NCBI GenBank assembly: GCA_951406725.2
Contig: OX597815.1
Coordinates: forward strand, 81,282,001 to 81,346,000
Length of the DNA: 64,000 nt
Source: Octopus vulgaris
Lineage: Eukaryota
Reading direction: 5' to 3'
Part shown: positions 27,174 to 39,660 of the stretch, piece by piece
Layout: every line of letters starts with the position of its first letter
Numbering within the stretch: the stretch's first letter is position 1
Program-made: the position numbers and the translations under genes
Notes under the pieces: generated by a model
Seen by the model: only the letters and a program-made list of their open reading frames with translations
Database searches by the model: none
Told to the model about the DNA's origin: nothing

Positions 27174-27572
27174 CTATGTATCTTTGCCACAATCACTTTA
27201 AGTCTGCTTTCCTTACTAGCATACTTTGTTGCTTTTTGCTGTAAGTTTTGTCAATATTAAGTAGAGAAAGAAAAAAAAAACATTGCTACTTTTGTATTTC
27301 ATCTTTTTCTTTTTGTTTTGTTTTCCTTTTCCAGTGTTTTGTTTTTTTTTCTCTTGCTTTATGTTTCTTATGAATTTAGTGATGGAAACTAACTACTTTT
27401 TTATGCACACACACACATACACACACATACACAAGCCACTTAACTTATAATGAGTAGATAGTTCCGTTGATCGAACAACAGGAATACTTGTCAAAATCAA
27501 AATATGAAGCCTGTCTGTCCATCTAGCTATCTACATACATATATATATGCATGCACACACACACACACAAAA

Positions 27573-27627
<55 letters not shown>

Positions 27628-27949
27628 TATATACACACACACATCAATGTATAAGTAGACACATTTATCCAGGATGTCGGATCAGTGATTTTTACCAATG
27701 TTTAGTGACTGGATACTTCAAGACTATTATAGGTCAGACTCAAGCAGAGAGCAGGTGATTGGTGTTGATGAAAACATTATTGGTGTTGATACTGATAGTA
27801 GTAGTTGGTGCAGTGGTGGTGGTAATGGTAAAGGCAGCTATTTCTGCTGCAGTTCTATTTTATATTATCTATTCACCTATTCATTATCTATTCATATTAG
27901 ACGGTGTTTTTTTTTCCCCAAAAAAAATTATTTTATGGCTCAGTACAGC

Positions 27950-29265
27950 TAGCCACTGGCATTTCTTCCTTTCAGGGTCGATAAAATAAAGTACCAGTCA
28001 TGTACTGAGGTTAATATAATTGACTATTCCTTTTATCCTAAAGTTGAAAAAAAAATTATTATAACTATTATTATTATGCAGAATCGTTAGCATGCCGGAC
28101 AAAATGATTAGTGGTATCTCACCTGTCACTACATTCTGGGTTCAAATTCCGCCAAGGTTGACTTTAGCTTTCATCCTTTCAGGGTCAATAAAATAAGTAC
28201 CAGTTGAATAGAGGGGGTCAAAATTTGAAACCATTATCATTAATATCCTGAAGGCAGCAAACTGGCAGAATGATCCACATACCAGGTAAAGCAGACATGC
28301 CCTACTTGACTGTTTAAGGATTAAGGATCTAAACCTATATTACTTGCAAAACAAGAAAGGGTTGGCATTAGAAAGAGCACCTAGTCCATTTAGTGACATT
28401 TTGTCTTTTTACATTCTGAGTTCAAATTCCGCCAAAGTCGACTTTGCCTTTTGTCCTTTTGGGATCAATAAAGTAAGCACCAGTTGAAAACCGGGGTCAA
28501 TGAAATTGGCTATCCCCCTCCCCTAAAATTTCAGGCCTTGTGCCTATAGTAGAAAGGAATTATTATAATTATTATTATTATTCAGCAGTACGCTGGCAGA
28601 ATTGTTACCATGCCAACAAAATGCTTAGCAGGATTTCCTCTGGTTCTACATTTTTGTTCAAATGCAGACAAGGCCAATTTTACCTTCTATCCTTTTAGCG
28701 CTGTTAAAATAAATCCCAGCTGAGCAGCGGAGTCGATGCAATCGACTAGCTCCCTCACCCAAAATTTCAGACCTTGTGCATATTAGTAGAAAGGATTATT
28801 ATGAAGGAGGTGAGCTGGTAGAATCATTAGTGCAACTGACAGGCATGGGCCTGGGAACAGCAGGTGCAAGGGGTGCCAGCGCACCCCCCTAAAACTTTGG
28901 CGGGGTGCAAAAATCAAAATACTTACTTTTCTCAGGTTTAGAAAACAGCTTGGAAAAGTAGCTTTAAGTTAGGTTTCCTCTCAAAGAACAAAAATAAAAC
29001 AAATAACACAAGACCTTGTTTGTAAAAATTTTTGGACCTGCGCTTGCTCCCACTAAGCAAATTTTATTCCCAAGCTAGTGCTGAGAGGATGCTTAGCGGC
29101 ATTTCATTCTCCTTTATGCTCTCAGTTCAAATTCTGTTGAGGATGACTTCACTTTTCAGCCTTTTGGGGGTTGATAAAGCAAGTATCAGTTGAGGACTGG
29201 GGCCTATGTAATCAACTTTCCTGCCCATCAAAATTGCTGGCCTTGTCCCAAAATAACAAAGGATC
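27950..29265 (+). mobile_element. Cluster of about 5-6 same-orientation SINE family B copies
   Basis: Repeated gcagaat..gttcaaattccgccaa..gactttgcc..ggggtc..ggccttgtg blocks separated by (ATT)n tails. Confidence 0.85.
28844..29080 (+). mobile_element. hAT-like MITE nested in a SINE B head
   Basis: Imperfect TIRs catgggcctgggaa / ttcccaagctagtg; 8-bp TSD ctgacagg (28836-28843) / ctgagagg (29081-29088); SINE resumes with atgcttagcggc. Confidence 0.8.
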
Positions 29266-29929
29266 ATCGTCATCGTCATCATCCTTCCTTCCTTCTCTCA
29301 GATTGATTTTTGTTAGTAAATACGCATGACGATGTGCATCAGCAAACCTCCTTGCAACAGTTTCACTCAACTTCCATTAAAAAAAAAAAAGCAAACAAAC
29401 AAAAAGGCGATGATCGACCTCATGAATGGAGTGGTGGGAAGGGACGAGGAAAAACAATTTTTTTTTTTTTAAAACCTAATGGGAACAAAAATTACAGTAA
29501 ATAGCAACACAAGAAAACCAACAGGAATGATAATAAATCTAGGTCAAACCAATTGGAGTAGACCGATATTAAAAGACATCCACCTCATCTGTGTGGGACA
29601 GAAGCCAACTCAGTCTCCATTAGTAAAATTTATAATAAACAACAAGTAATAAAAAAAATGTAAAAAGTGAGTCATAAAACAACAAATAATAATAGATACA
29701 AAATACCAAAATCAGCAAATTTATAGTTTGTCCTAAACAAATAGTGAAATTATGTGCACGTATATGACAAAACTATGATGTGTTTATGTGTAGCTGTCTC
29801 AAGATGTGTTTGACAAGAATATATATACTGTAGTTGTGAATGCAAAGGATGCTACAATATGTATATATAGGTAAAGCTCTTGTGTGTGTGTGTGTATGAG
29901 AGAGAGTATTACATGGCATGTTTGAAAGG

Positions 29930-29971
<42 letters not shown>

Positions 29972-29974
<3 letters not shown>

Positions 29975-30295
29975 CATCATTTAACGTCCATTTTCCATGC
30001 TGCCATGCTGGAATGGGTTGAGCTGTTTGATTGGGGACTGGCATGGGTTGGACAGTTTGACTGGGGACTGGCAAGCCAGGAGGCTGCACCAGGCTCAAAT
30101 CTGATCTGGCAAAGTTTCTACAGCCGGATGCCCTTCCTAACGCCAACCACTCCGAAAGTGTAGTGGGTGCTTTTTACATGCCACCAGCACGGGAGCCAGG
30201 CGGCAATGGCATTGATTTCGATTTGATTGTGATTTTAATTTATGTATGTATATATGACTGCTTCTGTGAGGCCCAATGCTCGAGAAAGGTGCTCT
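29972..30295 (-). mobile_element. RTE-type 3' UTR fragment
   Basis: atcatcatttaacgtcc..ttccatgc..ggatgcccttcctaacgccaaccactcc; short internal duplication. Confidence 0.82.
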
Positions 30296-30540
30296 TTACC
30301 GTGATAGTTACGCAACACCAGCAGCGGATATCACTCCAAATACAACATGGCATAATTCTTATCTCACTCATTGCAGCAATTATAAACTGTCCCGAGTCAG
30401 ATAGGGGCGAAGGGAAATCGTCAAGGTATCAGTCGATCCACATATATATATATATATATATATAGATATATATATAACACATGAATACAAACCCATATAT
30501 GTATATGATATCATCATTGTCATCACAACCATCATTTTAA

Positions 30541-30748
30541 CCTTTTAGTAATCAAATCAGCCAAAATTTTCTACCTATTTTATGTTGAAACTGACCGGAT
30601 CTGGCTCCTCACACCTAACCTACAATGTTGTCCGAGAAACAGTCAATCACATTGAAATCTCAAAGCCACAAGATAATGCATGATTAATTCAAAGCGATGA
30701 GAATAAGTAAGCATTACATTTGACAAGGATAATTTGAATGCTAACGAG
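30541..30748 (+). mobile_element. piggyBac-like MITE family E
   Basis: TTAA at 30537-30540 and 30749-30752; same body as 7156 and 42474. Confidence 0.8.
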
Positions 30749-32526
30749 TTAATAGTTGCCGTTTATACTGGAGTAATGAGTTGGACAGTTTGATAGAACC
30801 CAGTAAGGCAGAAGGGCCATATCTTCTAATGTCTTGGCTTTGGTATTTCGACAGCTGCCTACCCTTCTTAATGCAAACCACTGCACACACACACACATGT
30901 GTATTATACATATATATGAATGCATACATGATAGTAAATGTGTTCAGTTCTTACATGCTATCAGCAGGTAAGAGATGAAAGAAAAAAAAAAGGTGAGAAG
31001 AGAGAAATTTGATATGGCAAAAAGAAAAAAAAATCACAGAAGAAAGAGAGAAAGAGAACAATTACAATAGGAGAGTGTGTGGGTGTGCATAAGTAAAGCA
31101 GAAAAAGCAATGAGTGTATGTCGAAGTGTGTTCCAGTTGCATTTATACATTATTCATCTGTTTTATATACAATTTGACTTTTTGCTTTTCTCTCTCTCTC
31201 TCTCTCTCGTTTCTGTTTTTTGCTTTTCCATTAAACCATTACCAGTTTGAGGAAAGTTTCAGTGAGGATGGAGCTGCATACATGCAAGAAATACACACAC
31301 ATGCACGCACACCTTCCAGACACATAAATACACCTGCCCTTTATGTATACACACAAATATCTCTGTTTTCATACCAACACAGTTTTAACACACACACACA
31401 CACACACACACACAGGTACATGTGTGAATATAAATGTATACATACATACATACATAGACAGACGTATAAAAAGTACATAAAACACACATACATAGATGCA
31501 GAGAAATTAAAACATTGGGGATGGGAAAAAAAACCCTCTCATGTGTGTGTGTGTGTATTTGTGGCCATACACATGAATGCAAATACATATAAAGTACACG
31601 TACTCCTAAATACTCTCCCTCTCCCTCTATCCTTAGATCCACTCAAAAACCACACAAAGACTACCTTTTTTATATTTTTTGTTTTATTTATTTATTTTTT
31701 AACACATAGATGCAATGGTAAAGCAAATTAAGTATGCAAGCGTGGCGGCGAGCATTGCAGGCGAGATCAGTATAGGTACAAAATGACAGCTTTTTAATAA
31801 CATGAATAGCTGGCTGGCAAAGAGAAACACATCCACACACACACACACACACACACGCACACACATACGCACGCAGTCATACACAAGAGAAATTGTGTAA
31901 TGCTGCGCTCAGCAAATAAGCACACTACAGCAGCAGCATGGCTTAGCTGTTGTGGTACACTTGAGGTAAAGAAAAATATTATAAAAAGAACACACACACA
32001 CACAAATAAAAAAAAAGACAGCAACAACACCAACAAAACAGCTTCTCCCCTCAAAAAAAAAAAAATGACAAAAAAACCAAAAAAACAACTCTACAGCAGC
32101 AATTAAAACTGGGTCATGTGCTAAGGAGATGATGGGCACAGAACATATATTGATTCAATTAGTAAGCTATATAAGTAGACCTATCTGCTTGCCCAACAGG
32201 CAGTCTAGTATTTTTGCATTATTTTTTTTTTTGTATAATGATTTTTTGGTGTGTTCTTTTTTTTTTTTTTGTTACTTTGTGTGTTGTGTTTGGAAGATTT
32301 TTGTACTTTTGCTTTTGTGCTTTTTATTCCAGCTTCTGCTTGTCCCCCACACAATGATATAGATAAATAGATCATTGTTTTTTTTTTTTTGTTTTTTTTT
32401 TAAATACCTTTCTTTTGAAGTTTCTCACCTTGGACACGCTGAGGGAGCCAAAGTCCACACTTGGCAGTGTTTCATAGCTAGAGTAATCCAGAATAAACAG
32501 AAAGGACACTTTCTGTGTGTGTGGAT

Positions 32527-32713
32527 GGATAGATAGATATAAGTATACAGCTATAGATATATGTAGATAGATAGATAACTAGATAGATAGACCAATAGAT
32601 AGATACAGATAAATGTAGAGGTAGATAGATATAGATAAATGTAGAGATAGATAGATATAGATAGATAGATAGAGATAGATAGATAGATAGATAGATAACT
32701 AGATAGATAAATG

Positions 32714-32747
<34 letters not shown>

Positions 32748-32974
32748 CAGATAAATGTATAGATAGATAGATACAGATAAATGTATAGATAGATAGATAG
32801 ATACAGATAAATGTATAGATAGATAGATAGATAGATAACTAGATAGATAGATAGATAGATAACTAGATAGATAGATAGATAACTAGATAGATAGATAACT
32901 AGATAGATAAATGCAGATAGATAGATAGACAGATAGAGAGATAGATAGACAGATAGATAGATAGATAGATATAG
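32527..32974. repeat. (GATA)n tetranucleotide array with gataactag / ataaatgta variant units
   Basis: Directly visible, about 450 bp. Confidence 0.95.
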
Positions 32975-33259
32975 TGACCAGATTTTTTACATATTTTATT
33001 CATATTATGTTTCCTCCTCCTTGTGGCAATATAGAAGCCATCACCAATAATATTATTTTCAAAAGTTTCAAGCTATCTGCAACTGCACCACTAGGTGCAT
33101 ATCATGCCTCGGTAGTATCTGCATCACTGTCCATTGGAAAGTGCTTGTAATATGTTTAATCTGCTACACCGAGTGGTTCATCAACATCATCACCATTATT
33201 ATTATTATTATTAGTAGTAGTAGTAGTAGTAGTAGTAGTAGGCGAAGAAGAAGAAGAAG

Positions 33260-33845
33260 AAGATTAATTGAATTGTTAGTGCATCAGAAAAATGCTTTTG
33301 TGTTATGTCTTCTGACCTTTTATCTTTACCAGTCAAACACTGAATTTGACTGACGATACTGACTACTCCAACTCTGAAAACTGCTGACCTTGTGATTAAA
33401 TTAGAAACAATTATTATTAAGGTGGCACGTAGGCAGAATCGTTGGCATGCCGGACAAAATGCTTAGTGACATTTTGTCTGTCTTCACTTTCCTTTCGGGT
33501 TCAAATTCATTTGAGGAGGTTGACTTAGCCTTTCATACTTTCGGGACTGATAAGATAACCACCAGTTAAACACTGGGGGATTGGGGGTTTCGATGTAATC
33601 GGCTCACTCCCTCCCCTAAAATCGCTGGCCTTGTGCCAAAAATTAAAACCATCATTATGCAGTGTAGATAAGGTGGTGAGCTGGCAGAATTGTTACCCCA
33701 TGCCGAGTAAAATGCTGAGTTCAGATTCCACTGAGGTCATCTTTTGGGGACTGACAAAGTAAGTACCAGTTGAGTATTGGGGTCAATGTAATCAAATTAA
33801 ACCCCACCTCCGAAATTACTGGCCTTGTGTCAAAATTGAAATATT
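33260..33845 (+). mobile_element. Three tandem SINE family B copies
   Basis: Heads near 33420 and 33670 (ggtggtgagctggcagaat), tails ggccttgtg..attattatt. Confidence 0.8.
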
Positions 33846-33857
33846 ATTATTATTATT

Positions 33858-34427
33858 GAGTGAGAGAACAGTGCAAGCTATCAAAGTGACACTGGGGTAA
33901 AATATACAAAACCCAAAATACCCACCATAATTACCCATCTGATAAGGTTACACCAGGCACATGCATTACAACCATATGTGCACAACATGGTGATTTCATA
34001 TCAAGATAAACAGCATGTGACTTTGCAGGTGGGGCCCAGTTAAAATTTTTGTTCAGGTCGAGTAGCCCATACTGCTCAAAAGGTCCTTGAATAAGGGTTG
34101 TTTAAGGATGTTGAACAAAACACCCGTTTCCAAAGGTGAATTATCCAAACCCCAAAGAATTTCTCTCAGCACATGGCTATGATGCCCCCCACCCCACTAC
34201 TTCTGCTCGTAACCACATATGCACATATCATCAGCCACTAAGGGACCTGCTCAACTGGTTGAGGTCAAACAACTGACAAGCAAATCTGTGGCATTGAGCA
34301 GAATATTTGCTGTAGCCCATCTTTTATACCAAGACATGATAACACTTCCAATCAGTTAAGATCAGAAGCCATGAGACCTGCTACTACATCAGGGCACAGA
34401 GCCACTGCCTGGTACTGCATCAGGGCA
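33858..34427. mobile_element. About 570-bp element inserted in (ATT)n, possibly Dong/R4-related non-coding remnant
   Basis: Complex sequence bounded on both sides by (ATT)n; terminal 20-bp direct repeat; family assignment inferred only from the target type. Confidence 0.5.
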
Positions 34428-35519
34428 TTTATTATTATTAGTAGTAGTAAGAAGAAGAAAGAAAAAAAGAAAAGAAAAACAAGAAAAAGGAGGAGGAGCC
34501 TTAAATTTCATACAATATTTGTTATTTATTAAAAACAGCCAGAAGGTGGTGTTGTCAGAATATCAAGTAAGATGCACTGTTTTTAGTTTTGCATCAAAGT
34601 TCAAAATCCGCAGAGGTCAAACAACAATCAAGTACTTTAGTGCTTAGGTGATTGTCAGATTTGTTTCTAGTCTCCCAAACAAGAAACACAGGTCCATCTC
34701 ATTTGTTTGGATGATTCTGAGAGCCTGCAACAACATATGAACTGTAGGCTCTTGGGTAAAATATCTGGCTTGTGCTGACAAGACAAATAACCTGTTAGAG
34801 AATAGAAAGTAGCAGCAATCATGCCTTTCCTCTATGCTCATTAAAGGTGAAACAAACAATTGCAATCAAGAATGGAACATGTTTTACTGATCTGTCTCAT
34901 CTGAATCTTACTTGTCTGTTTCAAGACATATGACATTGAGAAACTAAAATGGTTGAAGACAGATGAGACTAACCAACCCACATGATATTTTCATGTATTT
35001 GTGTGTTTCATAAACACAAAGACTAACTGCATACATGCACAATTAATAAATATATCGAAAAGAAAAGGAATTCATGTTTGTAAATTTTATATATTAGTGA
35101 GTTTGTACTATGTATGCATGTATGTACATATGTCCATCTGTGTGAGTTACGGAAGAGTTTCCAGTTCTATTTATATATGTGCATTTACGCACGAATCAAC
35201 TATTATTTCTTATCAGCAAATCAGCAAAATATTACATTTCCCCACCTCTTCCACACTTATAAGTATATTACCCCCTTGCCCTTCATACACATGCTAATTA
35301 TGTATTTATCTCATTTAATTCCACTCAGCACAGAGGCAGTATATTAGTCCAATAGGTTTTTTCCTTCTTTTTTTTTTTCTGTTTGGGTTTTTTTTTTCCT
35401 TGTCATTGTCACACAATAGTGGTGAAAACGAGTGTTGTAGACTTATGATTTATTCCGGCTGCAATAAACATTAGCTTTGACATACACCCACAGAAAAATA
35501 AAAAAAAAATTGAAACTAG

Positions 35520-36010
35520 AACATGTGGCCTGTACAAGGCAAGTGTTTGTAAATGAGATGTTACATGTTACACAACAATGAGACATAATAAGGCATGTAG
35601 GACTGAAAACATTAACGAGTGGAATTATGATTCATTGGATGTACCATTTTAATTTTCATTAGAGAACAAAGCTAGAACAGAGAATAAGTTGGGTGAAAAA
35701 TATATTAGTCAATGTATGTAGGAGAGACAACTGCGCTGGTTTGGACATGTCATGCAAATGGTTGACAAAAGATTGGTTAAAGCAGTGATTTTCAACTGGG
35801 GTCTCTATGGCCCTTGGGGTTCATATATAAGATTTTGTTGTGAGGAAACACCCTTGTAAAATAGGAATCAAAGGGGACTGGGTCTATAGACAAATAAATG
35901 GTTGAGTGCCATCGGCTTAAAGAAAAGAGGGATGGTTTTTATGCAAGTGTCTGTGGATGAGAGAAAACAGAGGGACAAAATGTAGGGAGAGTTAGTAAGA
36001 GTAAGATGAC
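35520..36010 (+). pseudogene. Decayed RTE-clade LINE ORF2 C-terminal fragment
   Basis: caactgcgctggtttggacatgtcatgcaaatg translates QLRWFGHVMQM, the RTE RLRWxGHVxRM motif; stops and frameshifts nearby. Confidence 0.7.
35783..35914 (+). mobile_element. hAT (Charlie-like) MITE nested in the RTE fragment
   Basis: TIRs cagtgattttcaac / gttgagtgccatcg; TSD ggttaaag (35775-35782) / gcttaaag (35915-35922). Confidence 0.75.
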
Positions 36011-36106
36011 GTCTGATATTTAGGTGTTGTTGGTGAGTTGAAACTGCCTTCTATCCTCCCAGGGCTGATAAAACTAAATATTAACCACATACTAGGGTCA
36101 ACTTAA

Positions 36107-36329
36107 GCCTGTTGTTTAGTTTATTTCAGGAGAAATACATTGCCTTTGTTTCAATTAATTTTGAAAATAATGAAGAATTTATTGAAATAACTTGTAATGT
36201 ACATGGTGCTTAGGATTGTAAATTAATTAGCATGAAATTTAAATGGAGGGTTTTAATTTTGATCACCTTCAATGGAGAACCTGTATAATGGAAATGAAGG
36301 TTATTTCTGCTAGGCTGACATCAAAAATG
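36107..36329. mobile_element. TTAA-flanked MITE (second piggyBac-like family) nested in SINE B
   Basis: TTAA at 36103-36106 and 36330-36333; removing it rejoins gggtcaac-ttaa-tcaact of SINE B. Confidence 0.6.
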
Positions 36330-38149
36330 TTAATCAACTAACCTATTCCTTCAAAATTTATGGCCTTGTGCTTTTGCTAGAACCAATTATTATTTCTAGG
36401 CTGTGAATTCACAGAGCAATGAACAAAAAAGTGCTTTACATTATTTAGTTACATTCAGAATAACTTCACATTCTGATTTCAAAAGAGTCGCAGAGGCATT
36501 GAAGGATGACACAGTTACATTTCCCATTTATAATTTTCTTTTTTTTTAACCATATTCCTTGGAATGTGGCATAAGCATACACCATCAATGACCCAAGTCT
36601 TTTGTAGTGCAACAGTGTTAAATTTATTTCTTTATTGTACCTACCTTACTCCCACAACAACCATAACTGAATTTGATGGTACTAAGGTTTTATGCATTCA
36701 TTCACATATCAATGGCATTCTAAGGATATAATAGAGAAATTACTATCAAACTAAAAAAAAAAAAAAAAAGGTAAATGATAAAAGCAATTTTATTAGATTC
36801 ACAAAAAGACAACAAAAAACAAATGCTTATCATGGGAGGTTGAGAAGGTTAAGGAGTTATTTGTTTGGGTACTATTTCTTTGTTTATATATGAAAGTATA
36901 AATAAAGAATTTAAAAGTAAAAAAATAAAAAAAATGATTATAATGCTTTCTTTCTGCTTCTTATCACATGGAATGTTTGAAAATAAAGGATTAAAAGAAT
37001 TTAAAGAGTTATATGACATCAAATTTGGTCTGTTGCAATCTCAAGTTGAAACTGGAAATAATAATATGCTTCTGTGTCTGTCTGACAGTCTCTCTCTCTC
37101 TCACTCACAGAGAGAGAGCCTGGGATTTTAAGAAGGTTGTGTTTCTGTGCAACTGACTGGGCTTTTCATATTATTTCCAGTTGGAAAATTTTACATCTGA
37201 ACATTTTTCTCTGGGGCTTTCATTTTCCTCTTCCTCCCGCACTGTTTAAAGAATTCCTCTCTTTGAAAATATTAGTACCAGATAAACAGCAGACAAAACA
37301 CACACACAAAAAAAAATATTCATACTTGCATACACATTGCACAAGCACTACACCATACACACACACACACGTGTATGCACACACTCACAGTTTGCTATGA
37401 AGAATTTTAGTTATTTGTTATGGAGGAGGTTCTGCAGAGTATGGTAATAGTTTACTACTGAAGAGTGAATTCAGCGCAAGGAATTAAAAGCGTATTTTCC
37501 TGGTTGACTGACTGTACATCTGAATGAAGCATTTACCTGAGTTTTTCAAAAAAACATAAAATGACTGAAAACAGATATCTATATTAGACACAATGCCACA
37601 TATTTCAGACAAAGTGTCATTTAGTCAAACTGAATCAACTCCAGTTCTTGACTGGAGGTTATTTTATCAACACTAGATCTCACTTGGAAATTTTTGCTTA
37701 ATACTCTACAAATTCAACCACTTGACTCAGCCATAATTCTTTGTCTTCAATGTCAACATAACCACTACCACCATTTTTGTATATGCTTTTCCCATGCTGA
37801 CATGGGTTGGATGAGTCCCCTTGAGGAAGTATTCTACAGTCTGATGCTCTTCTTGATACAAACCCTTGTATTCAAGCAAAGTACTTCGTTATACCTGCCT
37901 TTACATATTGACCTTCCAGTCTGTGGAATACAGTGCTTGTGAAAGACATAATCCTTTTGTATTTAGATTACTGCCAAATGTAATGCCTATTTATTCACCT
38001 TCTCCAGAATCAAAGAAGCATTATCCCATAGCCATGAGATTTCAATAATGTGACTATTTTTCAAATGGCATTGTAAAGTAGTCACTTTGAACATAAAACA
38101 TAAAATATTTGGGCTGGATATGGTCGTTTTAAATGCTAACCAGATAAAA

Positions 38150-38607
38150 CAAATACCAGTACTATCTAAGGTGTCCAAACAAAAACATAGGGGCACAAGT
38201 CCACAGTCCTATAGACACACACACAACAGGTTTCTGTATAGTTTCCTTCTAGCAAGCCTCACAATTGTCAAAGTGATGCTAATATAGAAGACAACTGCCA
38301 AAGATACAACAAAGTAGGACTGAACTTAAAATTATGTGATTCTGAACCGTACATATGCTTTCGGTTACCTCTTCCTCCTTATCAACAATATTGTTTTAAT
38401 GTCCACTTTTCCAAACTGGTAATAATGGGCCCAGATGAATTTTATCGAGTTAGATTTTCAACAGCTGGAGGCCCTTCCTATCACCAACACTAACCTGTTT
38501 CCAAACAAGGGGTAGTATTTCCACACGGCCAGAACTTGCTTTTGCAAAATATTGAAATGAATGTAATGTTAAGACAAGGAGACACAAACATAAATACACT
38601 CACTCTT

Positions 38608-38644
<37 letters not shown>

Positions 38645-38790
38645 TGGGTTTCTTTCAATCTACCTACCAAATCCTTTCACAAGTCTTTGATTGGCTCAGG
38701 ATGATAATAAAAACACCCATCTGAGGCACCATGAAGTGGGAGTGAACATGAAACTAAATGGCTGAGAGGTAATCATTTTAATCACACACA
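38150..38790 (-). mobile_element. Degenerate SINE A and RTE-tail fragments
   Basis: tctacctaccaaatcc..cacaag..gtgggagtgaac blocks; ttttaatgtccacttttcca..gcccttcc block. Confidence 0.5.
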
Positions 38791-38821
38791 CACACACAAA
38801 CGTATTATATGAAATAATAAT

Positions 38822-39025
38822 CATTTCTAGTATGAACACAAGGACAGAAATTTGAGAATTAGTTAAATCAACCCCAGTACTTGACTATTATAACCCTCAG
38901 AAGGAGGAAAGACAAAAGTCAACCCTAACAGGAACTCTACACAGGACAAAGAGACTTAGCTAAATACTGCAAGGTATTTTTGTTGCGTGTTCTAAATGCA
39001 ACCTACATCACTGAATTCTACCAAT
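38822..39025 (-). mobile_element. SINE family B, degenerate
   Basis: cacaagg..aaatttg..accccagtacttgact..aaagtcaacc. Confidence 0.55.
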
Positions 39026-39504
39026 TGCCTGTCATCTTTCTCTCTCTCTCTCTCAGCTTCTGTCCACAAACTCACTACTGAAGACAACAGTCAAATCCCA
39101 TACACCCTTCTCTCTCTCTCTTGTTTCTTTTATCACCCACGCTTCCTCCCGTCTTCTTTCTCTCTGCCAAACAGTCTGAGAAACTGAAAATACACAGTCA
39201 AAATAAATAAGTAACAATGAGTTACAAACACATACAAAAAATAAAAAATAAAAGACAAACCCTTTTATGACAAACCACAGCTTAAGAGATTAAATCTGAT
39301 CTTGTAATGAGGCCTAAGTACTTCAAGGTTTTTCAAACAAACCAACACCACTCACCTAGATTTCGAAATATAAGTAGAGCAACCTCTTCAAGCTTCATTT
39401 CCTACTCTATTATGATATCCTGTCTTGGAGAAGTTATGAGATGAAGATGAAGTTGGAGCTAATAATAATAATGATGATGATGATGGTGATGATCAACAAC
39501 AACA

Positions 39505-39660
39505 ATTTCTAATTTAGGTACAAGGCCAGCAATTTGGAGGAGAGGAACAGGCGCTTATATAGACCCTAGTACTTGACTTGTACTTATTTTATTAGCAAGA
39601 TTTGAACCCAGAACATAGAGGTTAGAAATACTGCAAAGTGTTTTATTTAATGTTCCAATG
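39505..39660 (-). mobile_element. SINE family B, degenerate
   Basis: caaggccagcaatttgg..gaccctagtacttgact..gatttgaacccagaac. Confidence 0.6.

Noticed and set aside
31114-31731. 205-aa ORF
   Set aside because: Runs through (CT)n, (CA)n and (TG)n tracts; no recognisable domain
34340-34427. U2 snRNA-like words
   Set aside because: Only short patchy similarity; no Sm site or collinear U2 structure
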